A stretch of DNA of 64,000 nt from an uncultured Clostridia bacterium (GTDB taxonomy: Bacteria; Bacillota; Clostridia; Christensenellales; Pumilibacteraceae): positions 20,952 to 84,951 of the forward strand of contig CANPYH010000001.1 of NCBI GenBank assembly GCA_947588325.1, written 5' to 3'. The notes under the pieces are model-generated. The model was not told the origin of the DNA and did no database searches. It saw only the letters and a program-made list of their open reading frames with translations. The position numbers were made by a program, and so were the translations under genes. Below are positions 47,735 through 57,195 of the stretch, one piece after another (within the stretch, counting starts at the first letter, position 1; every line of letters begins with the position of its first letter).

Positions 47735-49662
47735 TGGAAATACTCGCGCCGTCAGGTAATATAAACGCTCTGAAAGCCGCTGTTGCCTGCGGTGCGGACG
47801 CCGTATATCTCGGCGTGAAGAATTTTAACGCGCGTAGTAAAGCGGAGAACTTTTCGGACGAAGAGCTCCGCTTTGCCATTTCTTATTGTCACGAGCGCGG
47901 CGTTCGCGTTTACGTCACATTCAATACGCTTGTTAAAGACGGCGAAATGGGGGAAGCGCTGGAGAGCGTCAGGACGGCGGCGGAAGCGGGCGCGGACGCA
48001 TTCCTGATTCAGGACCTCGGCTTATATCTTGCCCTCGACAAGGAACTGCCCGACGCGGTATATCACGCAAGTACGCAGATGGGCGTACACAACGTCTATG
48101 GGGCGTTATTCGTGCAAAAATTGGGGTTTGACAGGGTTGTTCTGTCACGCGAGGTACTTGCCGAGGACATAGCCAAAATCAAGACGACTACCAACCTCGA
48201 AATCGAGTTGTTTGCACACGGAGCGCATTGCGTATCGTTCTCGGGTAATTGTTACTTTTCCGCGCTCGTCTCGGGCTACAGCGGTAACAGGGGCAAGTGC
48301 ATGCAGCTTTGCCGCAAAAAGTATACGCTCACGGGCGGCAAAAAATCGATAAACGGATATATGCTCTCGGCGAAAGATATATGTATGATAGGCAATACGG
48401 ATAAACTTCGCCGCCTCGGCGTCGATTCACTCAAAATAGAGGGCAGGCTTCGGAGTACGGAATATGCGGGAGTAACGAGCGACGCATATAAACGCGCACT
48501 GTCCGACAATAGCGGCCAAGAGGATATGAGGAGGCTTAAAACCGTTTTTAACCGCGGCGACTTCTCGCAGGCTTACTTAAACGACGACAGAGCGGAGATA
48601 ATATACGACAAGCAGCAAAACAATATTGGCTTGAAGGTAGCGGAAGTAGCGGCGATAAGGGGAAAGACGCTATTATGTAAGGGCGGTTACAAGCCCAAAG
48701 TCGGAGATGGGTATAAGATTATTCGCGGCGGCAGGGAATGCGGCAGCGCCTATGTAAGTAACGGAAGTCTCGTTTTCAGCGGCTCACCGCGGATAGGTGA
48801 CGACCTTAATATAACAAAGAGCCGCGAACTTACGGAAGAAATTACACGGCGCATAAAATCCGACATTCGACATTCAAATCGCGATTTTGCCAAAATTACC
48901 CGAAAAAACCACAGTATTATGTCTGACATAGTGCACTTTAAGTATGATTTGCCCTCGTCTTGCAAGATAGTTTGCGCGAATGAAACCTGCCGATTGTCAG
49001 AAATTCGGGACATGGCGGATATCATTGTATTATCTCCGACCGAATATTCTGTCCCGATTGTAAAAGCATTTACTGCCGAATGCAAAAAGCCCGTTTTGCT
49101 CGATATGCCGATAGAGGCGCGAGGCAAGGACGTAAGCATACTCGAAGAGATAGTTAAGTCCAACCTTGTGAGCGGTTATGTTGCCAATAACGTATATGCT
49201 CTTGAGATGTGTCGCGATTATCCGATATTGCTCGGCACGGGAATGAATGTACTTTCGAGCATGAATTGCCCGAAAATTATGTCTGTCGAGGCTGCAGATA
49301 CAGACGGCGACGCGGCGATTTACGCCTTCGGCAGAGCTACGCTTATGAACCTGACTCATTGCCCGAGAAAGCAACTCGGCTTCGACTGCTCCAATTGCGG
49401 CAAATGCGGGCAGATGACCCTGACCGACGAGCGGGGCAATAAATTTATTTTGAGACGGCACAGGTTGCACTATTGCTACTATGAGCTTTTGAACTCGAAA
49501 ATCCATTATCTTCTGCCAAAGTTGAACACCAAGCGGCACAAGCGTATATACTTTGATCTGCGCGACATAGACGAAGGTTATGCCTTGCGCGCTCTCTCGG
49601 GCGAGTTGGCTTTTGACGAGCGCATAAACACGTACGGGAGATTGGGCAAAGGAGTCAAATAA
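47734..49662 (+). CDS. peptidase U32 family protein (long form)
   Basis: EILAPSGN...A...GADAVYLG N-terminus and a conserved Cys cluster HCVSFSGNCY...GKCMQLCR. TAATG overlap with pheT. Confidence 0.8.
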   Translation: MEILAPSGNINALKAAVACGADAVYLGVKNFNARSKAENFSDEELRFAISYCHERGVRVYVTFNTLVKDGEMGEALESVRTAAEAGADAFLIQDLGLYLALDKELPDAVYHASTQMGVHNVYGALFVQKLGFDRVVLSREVLAEDIAKIKTTTNLEIELFAHGAHCVSFSGNCYFSALVSGYSGNRGKCMQLCRKKYTLTGGKKSINGYMLSAKDICMIGNTDKLRRLGVDSLKIEGRLRSTEYAGVTSDAYKRALSDNSGQEDMRRLKTVFNRGDFSQAYLNDDRAEIIYDKQQNNIGLKVAEVAAIRGKTLLCKGGYKPKVGDGYKIIRGGRECGSAYVSNGSLVFSGSPRIGDDLNITKSRELTEEITRRIKSDIRHSNRDFAKITRKNHSIMSDIVHFKYDLPSSCKIVCANETCRLSEIRDMADIIVLSPTEYSVPIVKAFTAECKKPVLLDMPIEARGKDVSILEEIVKSNLVSGYVANNVYALEMCRDYPILLGTGMNVLSSMNCPKIMSVEAADTDGDAAIYAFGRATLMNLTHCPRKQLGFDCSNCGKCGQMTLTDERGNKFILRRHRLHYCYYELLNSKIHYLLPKLNTKRHKRIYFDLRDIDEGYALRALSGELAFDERINTYGRLGKGVK

Positions 49663-52022
49663 TGAATGATCCGATATTAACTCTCGAATTAGATAAAATT
49701 CTTTCAGCTGCGGCGAGTTACGCGGCTTCGTCGCGAGCCAAGTTACGGATTTTCGAACTTTCGCCCGCATACGATTTCGGCGAAGTCGCTTCTCGCTTGG
49801 AGTTCACCTGCCAAGCAGAGCTTCTTATATCCAAATATCGCTACGGAGGAGTAGAGCCATTCGACGATATAGACGAGCCCTTAAGCAAAGTAAGGGCGGG
49901 AGCCACTCTTTCCATGGGCGAATTGCTCCGAGTGGCGACCGTACTACGCAGTTCGCGGCTCGCTAAAGACACGTTAGACACCTTCTCGGACGATGTGGAT
50001 AGAATCAAGGACATTGCCTTTCGTATATTTGCGGATAAGTCGCTCGAGGAGGATATAAGGCGAAATATTCTCTCCGAAACGGAAATGAACGACGCTGCGA
50101 GCGAAACGCTTGCAAACGTCAGAAGGGCGCTTAAAAGGGCGAAATCGAAGCTGGTTGAACGGCTGTCCTCCTTTACCCGAGGTAACGAGTTTTCCGAGTT
50201 TTTGCAGGATAATTTTTACACGGTCAGGGGCGGCAGGTACGTCTTGCCCGTCCGCAGCGAGTGCAGGCAAAAAGTTCCCGGGTTGCTGCACGATCAGTCG
50301 GCGAGCGGCTCCACGGTATATATCGAGCCCTTCGACATTGTCGCGTCCAACAACGAGATAGTCAAGCTCGAAGGCGACGAGAGGCGGGAGATCGAGCGCA
50401 TTTTACGCGAATACTCGGTAAGAGTGCTCGCGCAAATCGATAACTTGTATGACGCGCAGGAAAGGCTGACCCTTCTCGATATGTATTTCGCGCTCGCGGG
50501 ATATTCCTTTTCCATTGACGGCGTAATGCCCAAAATCAACTTCGCCAAAAAGGTCGACCTTAAAAACGTCAGACATCCGCTTATAGACAAAAAATCCGTC
50601 GTTCCCATCAACGTATCGGTGGGCGGTGACGGAGCGCGCATATTGCTGATTTCGGGACCTAACACGGGCGGCAAAACAGTTACGCTAAAAACGGTGGGGC
50701 TTATGTCGCTTATGCTTTCCGTCGGGCTTCTTATTCCCTGCGACGAGGGGAGCGAAATGGCGATCTTCGATAATATTTTCTGCGATATCGGCGATGACCA
50801 GGATATTATCCGCAACCTCTCGACCTTCTCATCGCATATCAAAAATCTAAAGGAAATTACCGAATCGTTTACAAACGAAAGCCTCATTCTGCTCGACGAG
50901 ATAGGCAGTTGCACAGCGCCCGACGAAGGCTCTGCAATAGCGATAGGCGTGTTGGAATATATATCGGGCACGGGAGCTATGTCCATTGTTACGACGCACT
51001 ATCCGAAGTTAAAAGAATACGCCATGACTTCGGATAAGATTACGAACGCGGGAATGCAGTTCGACGTGCGCACTCTCCGTCCGACTTATAAACTTCTCAT
51101 AGGCTATCCAGGGTCGAGCAATGCGGTAGAGACCGCCGCTGAACTCGGTCTCGCAAAGAGTATTATCGAGACGGCACGGAAACAGCTGAATTACGACGCC
51201 GAGGATAATTACGACAGAGTGCTTAAAAAGGCATTCGAGATCAAATCGGCAGCAGAGGACGCGCTCATACGCGCCGATGAGGCAAAGCTCGAAGCGGAAA
51301 GCAAACTTGCCAAAATTGCGGCTGACGAACAAAAGGTCTCCGACGCGCTTGCAAGAATCAATGCGAATGCAAAAGCGGAGACTAAAAAAATAGTAAACAG
51401 AGCGGCGGAAAAGGCGAGCGAAATAATAGAGGAGATACAACGCGAGCTTAAAGAAGCCGACGAGAAGGCGCTGCTTAAAGCAAAGAAGGATTTGAAACGC
51501 ATACAAGCATTGGCGTACGATGCAGGCGAGGAAATGCACAGCGTTCTGACCGAGAAATTGGAAGGCACGGACGTTAAAGTCGGCAGCCGAGTTGTAATTA
51601 CTTCTTTCGGTATTGAGGGAATAATCAAGAAAATCAAATCGGATAAGGACGAGATCGAGGTTGATTGCAACGGAAAGATACTCAAAGTGCCCCTCGGTGA
51701 CCTCGCAAAGCCTATAGACGTGAGAAAGAAGAACAACGACCGCAAGTACACTCCCGCAGCCGTCGTGCCGACGGTTCCGCTCACAAGGGAGATAAACGTT
51801 ATCGGGGAAACGGTTGCCGACGCAATAGACATACTCGATCCCATTATTAACAGTGCAGAGAGCACGGGCGCAAAAGAACTCAGGATAGTCCACGGCAAGG
51901 GTACAGGCGCACTCGGCAAGGGCATTCAGGCATATCTCGCTACGTGCAAGAATGTAAAATCGTTCAGATATGGCAGATACGGCGAGGGCGATAACGGAGT
52001 TACAATAGTCGAATTTAAGTAA
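49662..52022 (+). CDS. mutS2: endonuclease MutS2 (Smr domain)
   Basis: GPNTGGKT Walker A, a coiled-coil region, and a C-terminal Smr domain (LRIVHGKGTGAL). Confidence 0.95.
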   Translation: MNDPILTLELDKILSAAASYAASSRAKLRIFELSPAYDFGEVASRLEFTCQAELLISKYRYGGVEPFDDIDEPLSKVRAGATLSMGELLRVATVLRSSRLAKDTLDTFSDDVDRIKDIAFRIFADKSLEEDIRRNILSETEMNDAASETLANVRRALKRAKSKLVERLSSFTRGNEFSEFLQDNFYTVRGGRYVLPVRSECRQKVPGLLHDQSASGSTVYIEPFDIVASNNEIVKLEGDERREIERILREYSVRVLAQIDNLYDAQERLTLLDMYFALAGYSFSIDGVMPKINFAKKVDLKNVRHPLIDKKSVVPINVSVGGDGARILLISGPNTGGKTVTLKTVGLMSLMLSVGLLIPCDEGSEMAIFDNIFCDIGDDQDIIRNLSTFSSHIKNLKEITESFTNESLILLDEIGSCTAPDEGSAIAIGVLEYISGTGAMSIVTTHYPKLKEYAMTSDKITNAGMQFDVRTLRPTYKLLIGYPGSSNAVETAAELGLAKSIIETARKQLNYDAEDNYDRVLKKAFEIKSAAEDALIRADEAKLEAESKLAKIAADEQKVSDALARINANAKAETKKIVNRAAEKASEIIEEIQRELKEADEKALLKAKKDLKRIQALAYDAGEEMHSVLTEKLEGTDVKVGSRVVITSFGIEGIIKKIKSDKDEIEVDCNGKILKVPLGDLAKPIDVRKKNNDRKYTPAAVVPTVPLTREINVIGETVADAIDILDPIINSAESTGAKELRIVHGKGTGALGKGIQAYLATCKNVKSFRYGRYGEGDNGVTIVEFK

Positions 52023-52035
52023 TTTAACCGCTTGC

Positions 52036-52067
52036 ATAGCTACGAACTAACTCCGTAGCTATTTTCT
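52036..52067 (+). terminator. rho-independent terminator after mutS2
   Basis: ATAGCTACG-N9-CGTAGCTAT followed by TTTCT. Confidence 0.7.
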
Positions 52068-52218
52068 ATTCGGCTGTGTTTGGTCTATGCCGATCGTATA
52101 ACGCTATTAACCAAGTCGCAGCGCTTTCAAAATAACAGACGCATGTCCGAAAATTTCAGCCCTTGTCTGAAAACGTCATTTTAATGAAAATTAAGGAATT
52201 TTGTAAAAATTGTAAAAA

Positions 52219-52264
52219 TTTGTCAAATAATCGCTTGACAAATTTTATTTTCAGGTGCTATTAT
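52219..52264 (+). promoter_or_regulatory. promoter with an overlapping inverted repeat upstream of the Spo0A_C-like gene
   Basis: TTTGTCAA-N8-TTGACAAA (52219-52242). -35 TTGACA (52235-52240), 18 nt, TG-c-TATTAT (52259-52264). Confidence 0.5.
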
Positions 52265-52323
52265 ACTTGAACAAAATAAATATGAAGTCGTTAAGTTTTA
52301 ACGATACAAAAAGGAGAAAACTG

Positions 52324-52689
52324 ATGAACTCACAAGGAGAAAAAGTGTTAAGAAACGAGATGAGCAAGTATTTGCTCGGAATGGGTGTATACCCGAACAT
52401 CAACGGATTTGAGAACCTGATCAATTCCGTGATACTCATTGTGCGGAGCGAAAAACCGTATGAGAATATCGGTCAAGTGTTTGAAATAGCGGGGAAAAAG
52501 ACAAACAAGTCTGCGTCTGCCGTTGAACGCTCGATACGAACTCTGATACTTCGTTGCGAAGCCGCGCACACCTTTAATAAGCTGAACGAGTATTTCGGCT
52601 ATACGGTATATCGCGAGAATTATCCTATAAGCGCGAGCGAACTTGTCTATCTGTTTGCGACGAAATTGAGCTTGTCCGATCTGACGTAA
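52324..52689 (+). CDS. stand-alone Spo0A C-terminal (effector/DNA-binding) domain protein, no receiver domain
   Basis: Aligns by eye to B. subtilis Spo0A residues ~150-260: GV.P.I.G, SASAVERSIRTLI vs TASRVERAIRHAI, and EYFGYTV vs SLFGYTV. Start at the internal ATG 52324 after AAAAGGAGAAAA. Confidence 0.75.
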   Translation: MNSQGEKVLRNEMSKYLLGMGVYPNINGFENLINSVILIVRSEKPYENIGQVFEIAGKKTNKSASAVERSIRTLILRCEAAHTFNKLNEYFGYTVYRENYPISASELVYLFATKLSLSDLT

Positions 52690-52869
52690 CCTGCATTCGG
52701 TCTCGTATTACGAATTGCGGATTACATATGTTGCCACAGTGGAAACCGTGTTGCTTTTGCAATGCGGTTTTCGCTATCCGGCATAATTTCATCATGTACT
52801 TATTTATTATTTTGCGAGATACTTTGCAATTGTTAAATCTTATATTATCGGAAAATAAGGATTATTCGC

Positions 52870-52898
52870 TTGACAAACGATTTGATTTGCGTTAATAT
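52870..52898 (+). promoter_or_regulatory. promoter of the thrS leader
   Basis: TTGACA, 17 nt, TAATAT. Confidence 0.6.
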
Positions 52899-52904
52899 AC
52901 GAAA

Positions 52905-53130
52905 GAATTCAATTTTCCGATGCCGACGACAAGTAGCGACGGGGAAGATGCGGAGAAGAGAGCGGATACTTGGCTGAAATGTCCGCACGCATTGCCGAAG
53001 TGAAACCACGAAGGCGGAAAGCCGCGGAGAGTATCTCCGATAAAACGAGGCCGCGTTTGCGGCGAAATAAGGTGGAACCACGGTTTAACAGATCGTCCTT
53101 AACGAGGTAGCTCGTTTTGGACTTTTTTAT
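52905..53130 (+). promoter_or_regulatory. T-box riboswitch leader, Thr specifier (ACC)
   Basis: AGAGAGCGG, candidate specifier ACC-A at 53005-53008, T-box core AATAAGGTGGAACCACGG at 53066-53083, and a terminator GTCCTTAACGAG-GTAG-CTCGTTTTGGAC plus TTTTTT. Confidence 0.85.
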
Positions 53131-53152
53131 TATAAGAAAAACGGAGGGATAT

Positions 53153-55093
53153 ATGACAGTAACTTTGAAAGACGGCTCGACTATGACCGTCGAAAAGGGT
53201 AAGAAAATAATAGACGTCGCTGCTGAGATCAGCGAAGGTCTTGCGCGTGTTGCGCTTATAGCGCGGGTAAACGGGAAACTCGTTGATCTTTCGCGCGAAA
53301 TAACCGAGGATTGCACTCTGGAAATTCTCACGTTCAAAGACGAAGAGGGTCGGAACGCTTATCGTCATACCTGCGCACACATACTTGCGCAAGCGGTAAA
53401 GAACCTTTTTCCCGAGGCTAAACTCGCGATCGGACCCGCGATCAAGACGGGATTTTACTATGACTTTGACCTGCCCTCATCCATAACCATGGACGACCTT
53501 CCCCGTATCGAGAAGGAAATGGAATCGATAATCAAGGCTGATCTGCCCATTCGTCGGTCGGTGGTAACGAGGAAACAAGCCGTTACCAAAATGCGCGGCT
53601 TTGACGAAATATATAAGCTGCAACTGATAGAGGATATGCCGAGGGGCACGGAGATAACCTTATATTCGCAGGGTAATTACGTGGACCTTTGCGCGGGACC
53701 TCACCTTATGAGCACGGGCAAGGTTAAGTGCTTCAAGCTCACCCAAATCACAGGGGCTTATTGGAAGGGCAATGAGCAGAACAAAATGCTCACCAGAATA
53801 TACGGCACGGCTTTCGACAAGAAGTCGGATCTGACCGCCTATCTTCAGGCGATGGAAGAAGCTAAAAAGAGAGACCACAACAAGATTGGGCGCGAACTCG
53901 GTATATTCATGACCGACGAGCTTGTCGGTCAGGGCTTGCCCCTCTTCATGCCTAAGGGCGCAAAACTCATGCAGATACTCCAACGTTTTGTCGAGGACGA
54001 GGAAGAACGGCGCGGATACATGCTTACCAAAACGCCGCTTATGGCAAAGAGCGACCTCTATAAAGTATCGGGGCACTGGGATCACTACAAGGACGGTATG
54101 TTCGTACTCGGCGACGAGGCGATGGACGACGAGGTGTACGCGCTTCGTCCCATGACTTGCCCCTTCCAATACCTCATTTACAAGAACGGCATTAAGAGTT
54201 ACAGGGATCTGCCTTGCCGCTATAACGAAACGTCCACGCTCTTCCGTAACGAGGCGAGCGGGGAAATGCACGGACTGACCCGCGTTCGTCAGTTCACGCT
54301 TTCCGACGCGCACATAATGTGCACTCCCGAGCAGGTAGAGGACGAGTTTAAGAACATACTTGACCTCATCCTTTATATCGAGGACTGCCTCGGAATCAGG
54401 GATCAGATAACTTACAGATTTTCCAAGTGGGATCCGAAGAAGAAGGCGAAGTATATCGATAACCCCAAGGGCTGGAACGATACGCAGGCTTTGATGAAGA
54501 AAATACTCGATGACATCGGGCTTGATTACGTCGAAGCCGACGGCGAAGCGGCGTTCTACGGACCCAAACTCGACTTACAGGCTTCCAACGTCTGGGGCAA
54601 GGAAGATACTATCATAACGATACAGATAGACTTCGGTCTTGCCGAGCGTTTCGATATGACTTACGTCGACGAGAAAGGCGTCAAGCAACGCCCGATGATT
54701 ATTCACCGTTCGTCCATAGGCAGCTACGAGCGCACGATTGCAATGCTTATCGAAAGATACGCAGGTGCCTTCCCGCTCTGGATGTCGCCTACGCAGGTTA
54801 AGGTTCTTGCGCTGACAGACAGGACGGCGGGGAGGTGCGAGGAAATATCCGCAACCCTCAAAAAGGCAGGTATCAGGACGGAGCTTGATCTTCGCAACGA
54901 AAAGATCGGGTTCAAAATTCGCGAGGCGCAGCTCGAAAAGGTGCCGTATATGCTCATAGTGGGCGACAAGGAGGCTGAAGCCGGGCTCGTCGCCGTGCGG
55001 TCGAGAAAGAACGGTGATATCGGTACTATGACGCTTGAAGCGTTTATGGCGCGAGTAAGGCAAGAGGTCGAGAGTTTTGCCCTCGATAATTGA
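53153..55093 (+). CDS. thrS: threonine-tRNA ligase
   Basis: TGS domain N-terminus (VTLKDGS), HILA, and class II motifs. Start at ATG 53153 after GGAGGG. The ORF-track start lies inside the leader terminator. Confidence 0.95.
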   Translation: MTVTLKDGSTMTVEKGKKIIDVAAEISEGLARVALIARVNGKLVDLSREITEDCTLEILTFKDEEGRNAYRHTCAHILAQAVKNLFPEAKLAIGPAIKTGFYYDFDLPSSITMDDLPRIEKEMESIIKADLPIRRSVVTRKQAVTKMRGFDEIYKLQLIEDMPRGTEITLYSQGNYVDLCAGPHLMSTGKVKCFKLTQITGAYWKGNEQNKMLTRIYGTAFDKKSDLTAYLQAMEEAKKRDHNKIGRELGIFMTDELVGQGLPLFMPKGAKLMQILQRFVEDEEERRGYMLTKTPLMAKSDLYKVSGHWDHYKDGMFVLGDEAMDDEVYALRPMTCPFQYLIYKNGIKSYRDLPCRYNETSTLFRNEASGEMHGLTRVRQFTLSDAHIMCTPEQVEDEFKNILDLILYIEDCLGIRDQITYRFSKWDPKKKAKYIDNPKGWNDTQALMKKILDDIGLDYVEADGEAAFYGPKLDLQASNVWGKEDTIITIQIDFGLAERFDMTYVDEKGVKQRPMIIHRSSIGSYERTIAMLIERYAGAFPLWMSPTQVKVLALTDRTAGRCEEISATLKKAGIRTELDLRNEKIGFKIREAQLEKVPYMLIVGDKEAEAGLVAVRSRKNGDIGTMTLEAFMARVRQEVESFALDN

Positions 55094-55143
55094 TAAAAAG
55101 CCGCTAAAAGTATTAAAAAGTGTGAAAAACGGCTGAAAAGCGG

Positions 55144-55172
55144 TTGACAAACAAATTAGTTTAATATATAAT
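55144..55172 (+). promoter_or_regulatory. promoter of the infC-rpmI-rplT operon
   Basis: TTGACA, 17 nt, TATAAT. Confidence 0.6.
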
Positions 55173-55177
55173 CATCG

Positions 55178-55290
55178 TGTTGAAAGCAGATTCGGTCTCA
55201 CCGTTCGGGCATGCTCGGAACGGTTACGCAATGAAATAACAGTTGTTGTAGTGAGCGTGAATTCTGTTTTCGCGCTCATTATTTTATTTT
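55178..55290 (+). promoter_or_regulatory. putative L20-leader-type attenuator
   Basis: Structured leader (ACCGTTC...GAACGGT hairpin) ending in the hairpin GTGAGCG...CGCTCAT plus TATTTTATTTT. The position matches the Firmicute L20 autoregulatory leader. Confidence 0.5.
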
Positions 55291-55301
55291 CGGAGGATAC
55301 T

Positions 55302-55823
55302 ATCATCATTAACAAACAGCCTGAGGTTGAAACAAATCACAGAATACGCGATCGCGAAATTCGCCTTATCGGAGAAAACGGCGAACAGCTCGGTATCATG
55401 AGCGCTGAAAAGGCAAACAAGATTGCCGACGAGAAGAATCTCGACCTCGTTAAAATCAGTCCGCAAGCAACTCCGCCCGTTTGCAAACTTATGGACTTCA
55501 GTAAGTATAAGTTTGACAAAAACAAGAAGGAAAAAGAGGCGAAGAAAAACCAGAAGCAAAACGAGACTAAAAAGATTTGGCTTTCAATGACTATCGACGA
55601 TCACGACCTTGAAACAAAAGCGCGTGCGGCGAGAAAGTTTCTTGTGGGCGGCAGCAAGGTAGAAGTATCCATACGCATGAAGGGGCGTCAACAAGCCCAC
55701 GCAAAACTCGGTATCGAGGTCATGCAAAAATTCCACAAATTGGTTGAGGATGTCTGCAACATAGATAAATCGCCTCTCACCGAGGGACGCAACATTCTCA
55801 TGGTATTATCGGCAAAAAAATAA
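55302..55823 (+). CDS. infC: translation initiation factor IF-3 (non-AUG start)
   Basis: IINKQPEV..N..IR..EIRLIGE.GEQLGI. GGAGG at 55292-55296 is followed only by ATC/ATC/ATT codons (55302-55310). The exact start codon is uncertain. Confidence 0.85.
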   Translation: MIINKQPEVETNHRIRDREIRLIGENGEQLGIMSAEKANKIADEKNLDLVKISPQATPPVCKLMDFSKYKFDKNKKEKEAKKNQKQNETKKIWLSMTIDDHDLETKARAARKFLVGGSKVEVSIRMKGRQQAHAKLGIEVMQKFHKLVEDVCNIDKSPLTEGRNILMVLSAKK

Positions 55824-55841
55824 GCACGGAGGAATATAAAT

Positions 55842-56045
55842 ATGCCTAAAATGAAGAGCCACAGCGGCGCGAAGAAACGTTTTCGCGTCAGCAAAACCGG
55901 CAAGGTAAAACGTAATTTTCAGAATAAGAACCACATTCTGACCAAGAAAGACAGCAAGAGAAAAATGAAGCTCCGCCAAGGAACTTATCTGGCTTCCGCA
56001 GAGGAGTCCAAGACCGTCAAACTTATGCTTCAGGGCAGGAGGTAA
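55842..56045 (+). CDS. rpmI: 50S ribosomal protein L35
   Basis: [14 protein letters not shown]. Confidence 0.95.
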   Translation: MPKMKSHSGAKKRFRVSKTGKVKRNFQNKNHILTKKDSKRKMKLRQGTYLASAEESKTVKLMLQGRR

Positions 56046-56051
56046 TCAGGG

Positions 56052-56402
56052 ATGAGAATCAAGAGAAGCGTTAACGCATTAAAGAAACGTAGAAAGATAT
56101 TCAGACTGTCCAAAGGCTATTTCGGTTCGAAGTCGCGGTCTTATCGTATCGCTCGCGAAGCGGTAATGAAGTCTCAGATGTATGCGTTCGTAGGACGCCG
56201 TCGCAAGAAGAGAGACTTCCGCAAGCTGTGGATAGCAAGAATAAACGCGGCTGCACGCATGAACGGTATGTCGTACAGCAAGTTTATGCACGGTCTTAAA
56301 ACCGCAGGAATCGACCTGAACCGTAAAGTTCTCGCCGATATAGCAGTTACGGACGCAGCAACCTTTGCTAAACTCGCCGAAAAAGCGAAAGCGGCACAAT
56401 AA
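56052..56402 (+). CDS. rplT: 50S ribosomal protein L20
   Basis: MRIKRSV.A.KRRKK...AKGY.G. Confidence 0.95.
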   Translation: MRIKRSVNALKKRRKIFRLSKGYFGSKSRSYRIAREAVMKSQMYAFVGRRRKKRDFRKLWIARINAAARMNGMSYSKFMHGLKTAGIDLNRKVLADIAVTDAATFAKLAEKAKAAQ

Positions 56403-56410
56403 GTAGATAA

Positions 56411-56438
56411 AACAGAAGCGTAAAGGCTTCTGTTTTTG
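56411..56438 (+). terminator. rho-independent terminator after rplT
   Basis: ACAGAAGC-GTAAAG-GCTTCTGT followed by TTTT. Confidence 0.8.
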
Positions 56439-56451
56439 GTATTGAACGAAC

Positions 56452-57192
56452 ATGTATATCTCTTCCAAAGACAACAATACGCTAAAATTCATACAGAAAC
56501 TTTCGTTCAAAAAATACCGTGACGAGGCGGGTCTGTTTGTCGTGGAAGGAGTTCGCGCGGTTAACGACGTCCTTTCCTTCGATAAGTCTCTCGTCGATAA
56601 AATCTTCGTGGCGGAGAGTAAGGCGGATCTTTATCCGACCGCAACCGTTGTTAAAGACGATATCTTCGATAGGATAACGGAGACGGTAAACGGGCAGGGC
56701 GTTCTCGCCATCGTAAAAAAGCCGAGACCCGTAATCGCTTCTTCGCCGTACGCAATATTTCTTGACGGGGTGAGGGATCCGGGTAACTTGGGGACGCTCA
56801 TCAGAACGGCTTGCGCGGCGGGTTATAACGACGTATATCTCCGTGATTGCGCGGATCCGTATGGCGGGAAGGTTGTTCGTAGCACAATGTCCGCAATAGT
56901 CAAGGTCAATATCTTCAGCTCGGGTATAGACGAACTTAAAGAACTTAAACAGCTCGGATATTCGATTATAACGGCGGATATGGGCGGAAAATCGGCATTT
57001 TCGCGGTGTACTATGCGTGACAAGGTATGTATAGTTGTCGGGGGAGAGGCGCAAGGAGTTTCCAAAGAAGTTATGGAACTCAGCGATGATGTGTATTCTC
57101 TCCCTATGGAAGGAGATATCGAATCGTTGAATGCCGCGGTTTGCGGCGCAGTATTTATGTATACTATCAAATACAATAAGGAAGGTAAATAA
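56452..57192 (+). CDS. TrmH/SpoU-family RNA 2'-O-methyltransferase (YsgA-like)
   Basis: DGV.DPGNLGT.IRTA and a C-terminal SLNAA motif. Same position after rplT as B. subtilis ysgA. Confidence 0.8.
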   Translation: MYISSKDNNTLKFIQKLSFKKYRDEAGLFVVEGVRAVNDVLSFDKSLVDKIFVAESKADLYPTATVVKDDIFDRITETVNGQGVLAIVKKPRPVIASSPYAIFLDGVRDPGNLGTLIRTACAAGYNDVYLRDCADPYGGKVVRSTMSAIVKVNIFSSGIDELKELKQLGYSIITADMGGKSAFSRCTMRDKVCIVVGGEAQGVSKEVMELSDDVYSLPMEGDIESLNAAVCGAVFMYTIKYNKEGK

Positions 57193-57195
57193 ATT

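Noticed and set aside
53117-53152. ORF-track start codons for thrS (53117), infC (55251), the Spo0A_C-like gene (52255), the 63283 ORF and the AraC gene (3203)
   Set aside because: These upstream starts lie inside leader terminators, promoters or the upstream gene, and they lack an RBS. Internal ATG or non-AUG starts preceded by GGAGG-type SDs fit the protein families better.
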